Both the position numbers and the translations under genes were made by a program. Of a DNA stretch of 27,696 nucleotides, positions 7,551 to 16,389 are shown one piece after another. The notes under the pieces are model-generated. The model searched no databases. It was not told the DNA's origin and saw nothing but the letters and a program-made list of their open reading frames with translations. Positions within the stretch are counted from its first letter, which is position 1. Each line of letters opens with the position of its first letter. Source of the stretch: Planctomycetota bacterium (GTDB taxonomy: Bacteria > Planctomycetota > PLA2 > JAEUHO01); assembly GCA_050248855.1 (NCBI GenBank), contig JBFWRP010000041.1:1-27696 (forward strand), read 5' to 3'.

Positions 7551-8669
7551 CTACCGCGGGCCCGATCCTTCGTGGGCGCGCTTGGCGTGCTCGATCTGCT
7601 CGCGCAGCAGCGCGGCCAGGACGTAGCCCTCCGCCGTCCGCTTGGGGCCCGGGGCGCCGACGCTTGCGCGGTACTGGGCCTTCACGCGCCGCGTGCGGAA
7701 CGACGAGTAGAGGGCCTTGGGGTCGTCCACGAGCGGACGCAGCCCGGTCTCCGACAGGCCGATGTAGCGCGCGACCTCCTCGGGTCCGACGACGGTCTTG
7801 CCGTCCTCCTGCATGCGGGAACGCACGCGCACGAGGCTCTCGTAGGGCAGGTCGAACAGGAACTCCTCGAAGGCTTGGAGCCGCTCGCTGTCCTCGCCTT
7901 CCGTCAGCGCGTCCACGAAGCGCGAGTCGCAGTCGGCGAAGAGCAGGTGGAAGATCTCCGACGTGCCCATCATCGTGCCGAAGGCGCGGGGCGCCCGGCA
8001 GCGCGCAGCCCACGCGGAGCGCAGCAGGGGACAGAAGCGATGCGTGGCGAAGCCCACGCGCCCATCCCAGAGGTCGATCAGGGCGTCGATCGCCGCGCGA
8101 CGCACATCGGCCGGCACCGAACGCGACGTCACGAACGAGCCGTACAGCTCCTCGGCCAGTCGTGTGTAGACGGCTTCCTCGATCGCCTCGCTGATCGCGC
8201 GCTCCAGCCCTGCATCACGCTGCGTGTCGCAGGCCTGCACGGCGTAGCGCATGGCCGTCCAGAAGTTGACCTTCGCGATGCCGAACGAGCGGCTGAGCAC
8301 GGCCTTGGTCGGCAGCGACCACTCGACGGCGTGCGCGCCGGCCTCGAGCAGCTTCTGCATGAGCGTGTCGCCACTGCGCTCGCGGCGGCCGAGCGTGCCG
8401 CGCTCGCGCAGCGACGGGTAGCTGCGCAGGGCCTGCACGATCGCGGCCAGGCCCTGGAAGCCCTGGGCCATGGCCCGGGTGAGGTCCTCCCGGCGGTCGT
8501 CCGGCAGGCTCCGGGTGTACGTCTGGAGCCATTGGGCGACCGGGATCTCCCGGCTCGTGAAGAGGTCTTCCAGCCCGAACGGGGCATGCAGGTACGCGAC
8601 GGTCCGCGCACACGGGTCCGCTACCTCGTGGGGGAAAGGCGCCTCCGGGGGGGACGCGGGCTCGGCCAT
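7551..8669 (-). CDS. Hypothetical cytoplasmic protein (372 aa, mostly helical)
   Basis: Normal globular composition from MAEPAS and GC3-rich codons. It ends 19 bp before yceH. No recognised motif. Confidence 0.75.
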   Translation of the reverse strand: MAEPASPPEAPFPHEVADPCARTVAYLHAPFGLEDLFTSREIPVAQWLQTYTRSLPDDRREDLTRAMAQGFQGLAAIVQALRSYPSLRERGTLGRRERSGDTLMQKLLEAGAHAVEWSLPTKAVLSRSFGIAKVNFWTAMRYAVQACDTQRDAGLERAISEAIEEAVYTRLAEELYGSFVTSRSVPADVRRAAIDALIDLWDGRVGFATHRFCPLLRSAWAARCRAPRAFGTMMGTSEIFHLLFADCDSRFVDALTEGEDSERLQAFEEFLFDLPYESLVRVRSRMQEDGKTVVGPEEVARYIGLSETGLRPLVDDPKALYSSFRTRRVKAQYRASVGAPGPKRTAEGYVLAALLREQIEHAKRAHEGSGPR

Positions 8670-8966
8670 CGCTCGGCCCGATCCTACGGCCTCCGAGCCC
8701 GGGTCCCCCCACGGGGCGCCGACGCGGTGACCGGAGGATGACCCGCGCGGCGCCGCAGCGAGGCCGGAGCCAGGCGGGAGGCCCTGCGGCCCGGCCACCC
8801 GGGCCCGGCCGGCTTCCCCCCGACGCCGCGGCGTGGCACCATGGGCGCCGTCCGGAGGGAGCCCGGCTGCTTGGAGGCGGCCGGGTTCATAGGCTGCCGC
8901 GCGTGGCGTGCCGCCGGGGGCGCATCCCCCCGTCGCGTGCGTCGGCGTGGGCAGGGAGGAGTCCCG

Positions 8967-9671
8967 ATGCAGGTCCGCACCGTCCTGGGTCTCGCCGTCG
9001 CCGTCGTGGCGCTCGGCTTGGCCGGTTGTGCTGCCACGGCGAAGCCGTCGTTCCCTGGCTCGTTCGCCGAGCGCCCCGTCCTCGGTGCGCTTCCGCCGGA
9101 CCTGCCGGAGAACCCCGAGCCCTGCGTCAGCTACTGCCGTGAGGAGGTGCCTGCCACCTACCGCATGGTGCCCAAGCTGTGCCAGGTGGATTGCGCCAAG
9201 ACCGTCGAGATCCCGGAGACGGTCTACGAGATGCGCGCGCGCGAGGTCATGGTGACGCCCCGCATCAACAAGACCTACGAGGCATGCGGCGAGCGTTGCC
9301 AGCAGGAGCTCGTCCAGGTCAAGCCCGGCGGCTTCCGTTGGGTGCACGACCGCGACTGCAACTGCTGGCAGTACTGCGAGGCGCCGCCTGAGTACAAGTG
9401 GTGCGACAAGACGGTCGAGGAGAGTGGCGTGCGCTACTGCGTCGAGACGCCGCCCGAGTACAAGACCGTCGTCGAGACGGTGCCCGTGCGCCGCACGCGT
9501 ACCGAGTACATCCCGCCGCGCTACGAAGTGAAGTACGTGCGCGAGCTCTACAAGCCCGCCGAGACGGTCTGGGTGCCGCGCTGCGAAGGCGGTTGCATGG
9601 TCGACGCGCGCAAGTGGTCGCCCGTGATGCCGGGTGGCGCACTCGACTGCGGTTGCCCCAGCACGAACTGA
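8967..9671 (+). CDS. Cys-rich lipoprotein with PxxY-type beta repeats
   Basis: GGAGGAG SD, lipobox LAGC, 16 Cys in 234 aa, and repeats VPATYRMV, PPEYKWC, PPEYKTVVETV, PPRYEVKYV. Confidence 0.82.
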   Translation: MQVRTVLGLAVAVVALGLAGCAATAKPSFPGSFAERPVLGALPPDLPENPEPCVSYCREEVPATYRMVPKLCQVDCAKTVEIPETVYEMRAREVMVTPRINKTYEACGERCQQELVQVKPGGFRWVHDRDCNCWQYCEAPPEYKWCDKTVEESGVRYCVETPPEYKTVVETVPVRRTRTEYIPPRYEVKYVRELYKPAETVWVPRCEGGCMVDARKWSPVMPGGALDCGCPSTN

Positions 9672-9953
9672 TCGTTCACCGCTCGCAGGCTGGGCAAGAG
9701 GCCGGACGACGCGTGGGTCCGGGAGCTCTTCCCAGGCTCTGGGCTCGCCAGCGAGGGCAACGCTGCGATGGCTCGTTCGCACGTCGAACGGGCCGTCGTC
9801 GTTTTTGCAGCGCCACGTACACGCAGGCGCGTGAGTGGTGGCTTGAGAATGAGAACCCTTCGCAAGGTTCAGGAGCCCGGATTGGCGCCGGTTGGTGGAG
9901 GTGGCGAGGTTCGTTATGCTCCGCCCACCCGGTCACGAAACCTCGGAGGATCC

Positions 9954-10313
9954 ATGACCCACGTCGTCACCGCCCGCTGCGTCGACTGTCGCTACACCTA
10001 TTGCGTCGTCGAGTGCCCGGTGTCCTGCTTCTGGGAGGTCAAGGACCCGCACATGCTCGTGATCGACCCCGGTACGTGCATCGACTGCGAGGCCTGCGTG
10101 CCCCAGTGCCCGGTCAACGCGATCTACCCCGACCACGAGCTCCCGCCCGAGTACGCCGACTGGGAGGCCAAGAACGCCGAGCTCTTCGAGCAGGGCGAGA
10201 ACATCACCGAGGGCTCCGACCCGCTCGACTCGGCCCGCCTCCTGGAGGAGATCCAGGAGGAGGAGAAGGCCAAGGGCTGGTCGATCCCCGAGCCCTCGAA
10301 GGCGAGCGACTGA
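9954..10313 (+). CDS. fdxA: 7Fe ([3Fe-4S]+[4Fe-4S]) ferredoxin, FdxA type
   Basis: GGAGG SD. CVDCRYTYCVVECPVSC...CIDCEACVPQCPVNAI matches the CxxCxxxxCxxxCPxxC / CxxCxxCxxxCP pattern of Azotobacter FdI-type proteins. Confidence 0.92.
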   Translation: MTHVVTARCVDCRYTYCVVECPVSCFWEVKDPHMLVIDPGTCIDCEACVPQCPVNAIYPDHELPPEYADWEAKNAELFEQGENITEGSDPLDSARLLEEIQEEEKAKGWSIPEPSKASD

Positions 10314-10360
10314 CCGCGGGCCCGGGCGGGCGACGCACGCCGGCCGTCCAGCTGCGAGGC

Positions 10361-10386
10361 GCGCGGAGGTGCCGGGCACCTCGCGC
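10361..10386. repeat. Short palindromic repeat GAGGTGCC-G-GGCACCTC between convergent genes (REP-like, possibly a bidirectional terminator)
   Basis: Perfect 8-bp arms at 10366-10373 and 10375-10382, extended by flanking GCGC. Confidence 0.6.
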
Positions 10387-10403
10387 GCGCCGCCGCATGG
10401 CGG

Positions 10404-12872
10404 CTACTTCGCTGCGGGCTTGATGGCTTCGAGGGCCTTCTTGGCGGCGGAGCGGACGCTGCCGTTCCAGTCGTCCTTGGCCAGCGCCTCCAGCGCCGGG
10501 GCAGCGGCATCGACCCGGAAGCGACCGCACGCCTCCGCGGCCCACTGCCGCATGCGGTGGTACGGGTCGGTCAGGAGGGCGGCCACCGCCGCCTTCACAC
10601 GGGGATCGTCGGGTGCCAGGCGCAACACGCAGTCGAGCGCTACCTGCCGCAGCTTGTGGTGCGCGCCCCGACCCCAGCAGTAGTCCAGGTAGGGCAGCAC
10701 CAGCGGCAGCGCGTGCGGGTCACCGAGGGCCTCCAGCCCGCGGATCGTGCCCGTACGCACGATGTCCACGTGCGAGTCGACGTGCAGCAGGCCCTCGAGC
10801 AGGTCGCGCGCGCCCTCGGCCTTGACCCGACCCAGGGCGTGGGCGGCTGCGGCGCGCACGTAGGGGTGCTCGCCCTCGTCGATGACCCGGGCCAAGAGCG
10901 CCTCGCCGGCCAGCGCGCGGGGGTAGGCGCCCAGCGCCTCCGCGACCGCCTCGCGCACGCGCGGGTCACGATCTTCGGCCGCCGCCACCAGCACCGTGCC
11001 CGCGGCCCGACCCTGCAAGCGCCCGAGGATCTCGGCGATGCTCGCCCGCACGGACGCGCTCGCATCGTCCGCCATGGCCTTGGCCAGGGCGGCGACGACG
11101 ACTTCACCGTACGGCTCCAGGGCTTCTGCGGCGTCGAGGCGCGCCGTGACGTCGGGGTCGGACAGCAGCATCGCCGTCCAGGCTTCCGGTCCCTGGTCGA
11201 CGGTTGCCTTGAGCAGGAGGTCTCCGCCCACCCCGAAGCGCAAGTACGGCCCCGCGTCCTTGGGCAGGGGGAACGTGTGACGGCGCGCGTACAGGCGTAG
11301 CGGCGTGACCTCGCCGTCCGGGCCCCAGCGCACGGGCACGGTCATGCGGAAGAGACCCTGGCCGCCGGCCTCGGGCTGCTCCTGCTCGACCACGAGCACG
11401 CCGCGCTGCTCGTCACGTGTCACGCGGAAGCGCGGGTAGCCGACGCCGTAGACCCACTGGTCGAAGAACCACTCCAGGTCGCGCCCGGCGGCTTCCTCGA
11501 GCGCGGTCCGCAGGTCCTCGCTCACGACCGTGCCGTCGTGGTGGCGGTCCACGTAGGCGCGGATGCCCTCGCGAAACGCCTCGTCGCCGATCTCGCGCCG
11601 GAGCGTGTGCAGGATGCCCGATCCGCGGCTGTAGGCCTTGCCGCCGGACAGCTCGACGGGGCGGTCGCCGCGCGGGTCGCGCTCCAAGCCCAGGGTCTCG
11701 GGCGTCGGCGTCTCCGCCATGTAGCCGCCGTTTTGGCGACGGCGCTGCAGCTGCAGCTCCTCGGCCCCGTCGTGGTGCTCGAAGAACACGTCGGTCATGT
11801 ACGTGGCAAAGCCCTCGTTGAGCCAGATGTGCTCCCAGGTGCGGCAGGTGAGCAGGTCGCCGAACCACATGTGGGCCAGCTCGTGCGCGATCAAGCCGTC
11901 GGAGCGGTAGTTGGGCCGCACCTTCTCGGTGTGCAGCGCCCGCATGTTGAGCGTCGTGGTGGTGACGTTCTCCATGCCGCCGTACACGAAGTCCCAGACG
12001 TACGTCTGCGCGTAGCGCGTCCACGGGTAGGGCTCGTCGAGCCACGTCGTGAACACGTCCATCATCTTGCTCGTGAGTGCCAGCGACGTGGTCAGCTCGT
12101 CGCGACGTCCCGGCGGACCGTTGAACTCCAGGACCACGCCGTTCCAGTTGCTCGTGACGGTCTCGAACTGCCCGACCACGAGCGAGATCAAGTAGCTGGG
12201 CGCGCGATCGCGGAAGGCCCAGCGATCCGTGTGCGTCCCGTCCTCGTGTTCGAGCGGCCGGCGCTTCTCGCCGTTGCTCACGCTCGTGAGGCCGTTGGGG
12301 ATGCGCACCTCCAGCGTCCAGCGGAAGCGGTCGTCGGGCAGGTCGTAGCAGGGGATCCAGCGTCGGTTCTCGTTGCCTTGGCCCTGGCTGTAGAGCAACA
12401 GCGGGCGTGCCGGGTCTTGGGGGCACGGCTTGTGGAAGAACAGCCCCTGGGTGGGACGCGCCACGTACTTGACCGTCACGCGCGACGTCGCCTCGGCCGC
12501 CAGCGGCTCGGGCAGCTCGATGGACAAGACCCCGTCGGTCAGCTGGAACGGCAGGGCGTTCGCCTCCACGTCCTCGACCGACGCGATCTCCATGTCGAGC
12601 GCGTGCAGACGCAGCTGGCGCACACCGTCGCGGAGGGCCGCGAACGACACGTCCACCTCGCCGGCCACGGTTCCCGCCTCGAGGTCCGGGTGGACGCGGA
12701 TGGCAAGGTCCAGCTGGTCGATGTCGCGGGTGGAGGCGTCCAGCGGCGGCGGGGCTGGCGGCGCCGGCGCGGCCGGCACGTCGGCGGGGGGTTCGCCGGC
12801 GGAGACGCCTGCTACCAGCAGCAGGACCGTGAGGGCGCGGACGAGGAACGTGAGGGCGAAGCGGCGGACCAT
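10404..12872 (-). CDS. Exported M1 family zinc aminopeptidase with C-terminal HEAT repeats
   Basis: 822 aa from MVRRFAL with a signal peptide. GGMEN exopeptidase motif, HELAHMWFGD...WLNEG (HExxH-x18-E), catalytic AYSRG, and HEAT repeats (DPRVREAVAEALG). Confidence 0.94.
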   Translation of the reverse strand: MVRRFALTFLVRALTVLLLVAGVSAGEPPADVPAAPAPPAPPPLDASTRDIDQLDLAIRVHPDLEAGTVAGEVDVSFAALRDGVRQLRLHALDMEIASVEDVEANALPFQLTDGVLSIELPEPLAAEATSRVTVKYVARPTQGLFFHKPCPQDPARPLLLYSQGQGNENRRWIPCYDLPDDRFRWTLEVRIPNGLTSVSNGEKRRPLEHEDGTHTDRWAFRDRAPSYLISLVVGQFETVTSNWNGVVLEFNGPPGRRDELTTSLALTSKMMDVFTTWLDEPYPWTRYAQTYVWDFVYGGMENVTTTTLNMRALHTEKVRPNYRSDGLIAHELAHMWFGDLLTCRTWEHIWLNEGFATYMTDVFFEHHDGAEELQLQRRRQNGGYMAETPTPETLGLERDPRGDRPVELSGGKAYSRGSGILHTLRREIGDEAFREGIRAYVDRHHDGTVVSEDLRTALEEAAGRDLEWFFDQWVYGVGYPRFRVTRDEQRGVLVVEQEQPEAGGQGLFRMTVPVRWGPDGEVTPLRLYARRHTFPLPKDAGPYLRFGVGGDLLLKATVDQGPEAWTAMLLSDPDVTARLDAAEALEPYGEVVVAALAKAMADDASASVRASIAEILGRLQGRAAGTVLVAAAEDRDPRVREAVAEALGAYPRALAGEALLARVIDEGEHPYVRAAAAHALGRVKAEGARDLLEGLLHVDSHVDIVRTGTIRGLEALGDPHALPLVLPYLDYCWGRGAHHKLRQVALDCVLRLAPDDPRVKAAVAALLTDPYHRMRQWAAEACGRFRVDAAAPALEALAKDDWNGSVRSAAKKALEAIKPAAK

Positions 12873-12995
12873 GGTGTCTCCCGTGACGCGCGCATGGTGC
12901 CTGCCCGCGCCTTCGCGCGCCACGACGACCCGCGGGGCCGCCCCGGGCCGCGGGGGAGGCTTGCCCTCCGGCGCCGCGGTCCGACACTCTGCGGG

Positions 12996-14678
12996 ATGCG
13001 GATGTCCCGACTTCCGGCCCTCGTCGCGCTGCCCCTCGCCCTCCTCGTCGGGTCGGGTGCTCCGGCTGCGGCCGAGCGCGTGCCTTTGGTCCCGCCCGAG
13101 CGCTTGCCGGTCGCCGGTACGTGCGCGCCGATCCCCGAGGGCAACGTCACCCACGTCCTGACCTCGCCGCCCGAGACGCCCGGCTGGTGGTTCCGCGTCG
13201 CCGGCTTGGCGGACGAGCTCGACGAGAACCGCCTCGGTGAGGTCCTCGGCTCGCGCGTCGGCGCCGTGGCCGCCGGGGCGCGCACCGAGCACGCGGTCTG
13301 GATCACGTCCGCGCGCGACCACAAGTGGGCCCACGTCGTGAAGGTGCTGATCGCCTGCGATCGGGCCGGGATCTACCGCGTGGGCCTGCGCGTGCGCAGC
13401 GACTCCGTCCGGGACGCGCACGCGTACGGGTTTCCACTCTTCCTCCCGCCGCCGCGTGGCGCGGCCGCTTCCCCGGGCGGCAAGGCCGTCGGTCTGGAAG
13501 TCCGCCTGCAGACCGTGCTGGACCGCAGCCGCCTGCCCGAGCTGCCGCCGGAGCTGCCGATCGAGGCGCCGGAGGAGGCGACGCGCAGCAACCCGGCGCT
13601 GGTCTACACGGCCGCCCGTCGCGCGGTGGAGCGGCACGGCACCGTGGTCGCCAGCGCGCGCCTCGCCGCCAATGCGAGCGTGCAGGACGCCGTGACCGTG
13701 CTCGATGCGCTGTACCGCGCGGGGTGCGCCGGTGTGCGACTGCCGCAGCGGGCGCTGGCCGGCGACCCGACGCTCCCCGTGTTCCCGCTCGTCTGGGTCA
13801 ACGGCGTCGCCCTGGGTGACGGTGCGCCGCCGACGCCGCCGCCGCCCGTGGCACCGCTCGACCAGCCGTGGGGGCTCTACGGCGCGAACCGACCTGGCTG
13901 GCTGGACCTCGAGATCGTCGACGAGTCGCAGATGGAGCGCGAAGCCGCGCTCACGTCGTGGATCGCCGAGGGGCGCATGCCGCCCTACGAGCGCGAGCGC
14001 GCGGCCGCGACGCTCGCCGAGTGGGGCCAGGACCTCGGTACGGTGCTGGCCAAGGAGATGCGCGGCCAAGCCGATCGGCTCGCGGCCTACCTTGCGCACG
14101 AGGCCAGCGCCCCCGAAGCGTCGGCCGCGCTCCGGGCGCGACTCGCCCAGGAAGGCGCCGGGCTGGATGCCGTGCAGCCCGCCAGCGTGGCCGTCAGCCT
14201 CGAGCTGCTGCACGGCGGCAACGCGGTCGGCCGCGTCGAGGCCCTGGTCCAGCTCGGCGCCACGCGCTCCGGCGTGTGCTGGCTGCGGTGGGTGGGCCCG
14301 CGGCCCGTGCCGGGTGCCGTCGCGGCGCCGACCGGGATTCCCGCTGCGCTCAGGCTGTTCCTGGAGGGCGAGCTCCTGGCGCTCCGGTCGGCGGGCCCGG
14401 CCGGCCTGACGTGGGCACCCGCCCAGGAGATCGTCGCGAGCTACCCGTCCGTCGCGCGCGAAGGCGTCGAGCGCATGCTGGCCAGTCGCGAGGCCGAGGC
14501 CCAGCGCGTGCAGCAGGCGCTCCTGGGCACGACGTTCGATGCCGTACGCATCCTGCCCGGCCAGGGCTCGGCGGCGCTTGTCGCCGGCCGACGCGTGGTG
14601 GGCGTGGGCTACCTGCTCCTCGCCGCCGAGAACGAGAGCCTGCTCCTTCGCGACGTGAAGGTCAAGCGGGCCGAGTAG
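12996..14678 (+). CDS. Exported protein with two ExbD/TolR-like periplasmic domains
   Basis: 560 aa with signal peptide MRMSRLPALVALPLALLVGSGAPAAA. Segments VWITSARDHKWAHVVKVLIACDRAGIYRVGL and ARLAANASVQDAVTVLDALYRAGCAGVRL resemble the ExbD C-terminal motif. Confidence 0.65.
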   Translation: MRMSRLPALVALPLALLVGSGAPAAAERVPLVPPERLPVAGTCAPIPEGNVTHVLTSPPETPGWWFRVAGLADELDENRLGEVLGSRVGAVAAGARTEHAVWITSARDHKWAHVVKVLIACDRAGIYRVGLRVRSDSVRDAHAYGFPLFLPPPRGAAASPGGKAVGLEVRLQTVLDRSRLPELPPELPIEAPEEATRSNPALVYTAARRAVERHGTVVASARLAANASVQDAVTVLDALYRAGCAGVRLPQRALAGDPTLPVFPLVWVNGVALGDGAPPTPPPPVAPLDQPWGLYGANRPGWLDLEIVDESQMEREAALTSWIAEGRMPPYERERAAATLAEWGQDLGTVLAKEMRGQADRLAAYLAHEASAPEASAALRARLAQEGAGLDAVQPASVAVSLELLHGGNAVGRVEALVQLGATRSGVCWLRWVGPRPVPGAVAAPTGIPAALRLFLEGELLALRSAGPAGLTWAPAQEIVASYPSVAREGVERMLASREAEAQRVQQALLGTTFDAVRILPGQGSAALVAGRRVVGVGYLLLAAENESLLLRDVKVKRAE

Positions 14679-14684
14679 GCGTCG

Positions 14685-16364
14685 CTACTCCACACCGGCG
14701 GCGCGGTACTCGCCGCCCGTAGCCGCAGCCAGCTGCTGCATCAACGTGCGGTTGTGCTTGGGGCCGATGCCGATCGTGTGCACCACGCAGCGGTAGATCT
14801 GGTTGGCCTCGAGGAACCGTGCCATGCCCTCGCGCGTGACCTCTTCGGACGGCTGGCCGCTCGCGTCGGTGGGGGCGCCATCGGACAGCAGGAAGATCGT
14901 GTTGGCGCCTCCGGACGCGTTCTTCTTGCGGCCCTTCGCCTTCGGGTCGCTGTCCGCGTACTCCAAGGCCTTGAGCAAGGCGTCGAACATGAGCGTGGCG
15001 CCCTGCGGCTTCAGCTCCATGAACCAGCGCGTGGCGTCCTCCTTGTTCTGGGCGGAGGCCGGCTCCATGGCCGGGGCCTCCTTCCAGACGACCACGTCGC
15101 TGCTGTAGAAGACCAAGGCGAAGCGCACGTCCTTGGCGAGATGGGCAACGCACTGGGCCAGCTTGTTCTTGGCCACCTCCATGCGCGTCTCGCCGCCCAC
15201 GGCCTCGTCCGCGTCGCCCTTGCCGCCTGCGCCCCCGCCGCCGGTCACCGGCCCCTTGGGCTTGTCGTCCTTCTCGCGCGCCTTCTCGCCCGCGGGCTCG
15301 GTCATGCTGCCCGAGCGGTCCAACACGAACACGATGGCCTGGCTCTCGGTGGGGATGTCGTAGAAGGTCGTGCGTGTGCCCGTACCCGCATGCTCGCGCT
15401 TCTGCGGCGGATGGCGATCGCCGGTGTCCTTCTCGGACCACGCCGTGCCTTCGTTGTCCCACCACGTCTTCCAGATGCGGGCGACGGCGTTGAAGCTCTG
15501 GCCCGTGTACCAGTGCAGGACCTCTTCGATCTCCTGGGCCTCGAAGGCCTTGGCCCGCTCGAGCGCCTGGATCAGGGCAGGCACGGCGCGCGGCTGCGAG
15601 TACTCGCGCAGGGCGTAGACGGCCGAACGGCGGACCAGCACGTGCTGCGACCGCAGACCCGCCACGACGTGGTCGAAGCCCTCGTCGGACTTCTGCTCCG
15701 CCAGCGCCGCGAAGACGACCGCCTGCTCCTTGGGGGAGCCGGCGCTGCCCGCCGTGGCCAACAGGGCATCCCGGACCCGCTCGAACGGTTGGGCGATCAA
15801 GCAGCGGGCGATGGCCACGCGCAGCTCGATCGTCTCGTCCTTGTCCTTGCGGCGCAGCTGCGGCAGGCCTTCCTGCATGAACCAGTCGGCCGGCGCCGCG
15901 CCCATGCGCTTGACGACGTCCTCGATGGCGTGGCGCGTGGCCTCTTCGGCATCCACGGCCGCCCGGGTGTCCTTCACGGCCTTCTTCAGCGTGTTGAGCG
16001 CGTTGACCTGCTTGGCGTCGGTCGGGGGCTTGTCGCCAATGCTCTTGCGGAGCATGGCCTCGTACTTGTCGAGCCGCTCGAAGGCCTCCTCGAAGGCCGG
16101 GCCGAGCTCTTTCTCTTCCCACTGCGCCGACTTGACGTGCCACTCGACGAGGAGGTCGGCCGCCTCGGCGCTGTCCAGCGCGGCCAGGGCCTCGACGGCC
16201 TTGCGCTTGGCGCCAGCCTCGCCGACCTGGTCCATCAGGGCCTTGGCGGTCTTGCGGGCTTCCCGGAAGTCGCCTTCCTCGGCGGAGGCGCGTGGCGCGA
16301 GCAGCAGGAACCCGAGCGCCAGGGCGAGCAGGGGCAGGCGAGCCAGGGGGATGCGGATGGGCAT
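14685..16364 (-). CDS. Exported HEAT-repeat + VWA domain protein
   Basis: 559 aa from MPIRIP with a signal peptide. HEAT repeats (LVRRSAVYAL, AVPALIQAL), then FYDIP, MIDAS IVFVLDRSGSM...GATLM...FLLSDGAP, and terminal LAAATGGEY. Confidence 0.88.
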   Translation of the reverse strand: MPIRIPLARLPLLALALGFLLLAPRASAEEGDFREARKTAKALMDQVGEAGAKRKAVEALAALDSAEAADLLVEWHVKSAQWEEKELGPAFEEAFERLDKYEAMLRKSIGDKPPTDAKQVNALNTLKKAVKDTRAAVDAEEATRHAIEDVVKRMGAAPADWFMQEGLPQLRRKDKDETIELRVAIARCLIAQPFERVRDALLATAGSAGSPKEQAVVFAALAEQKSDEGFDHVVAGLRSQHVLVRRSAVYALREYSQPRAVPALIQALERAKAFEAQEIEEVLHWYTGQSFNAVARIWKTWWDNEGTAWSEKDTGDRHPPQKREHAGTGTRTTFYDIPTESQAIVFVLDRSGSMTEPAGEKAREKDDKPKGPVTGGGGAGGKGDADEAVGGETRMEVAKNKLAQCVAHLAKDVRFALVFYSSDVVVWKEAPAMEPASAQNKEDATRWFMELKPQGATLMFDALLKALEYADSDPKAKGRKKNASGGANTIFLLSDGAPTDASGQPSEEVTREGMARFLEANQIYRCVVHTIGIGPKHNRTLMQQLAAATGGEYRAAGVE

Positions 16365-16389
16365 CCCCCCAGCGTAGCGGGCGCGGGGT

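Noticed and set aside
8670..9782. N-terminal extension of the 743-aa ORF
   Set aside because: It is antisense to the Cys-rich lipoprotein. Globular composition starts only at MAEPAS (8669).
12873..14213. Apparent 1269-aa and 1046-aa giant ORFs overlapping head to head
   Set aside because: These are upstream open-frame extensions. The real starts with signal peptides are at 12872 (-) and 12996 (+).
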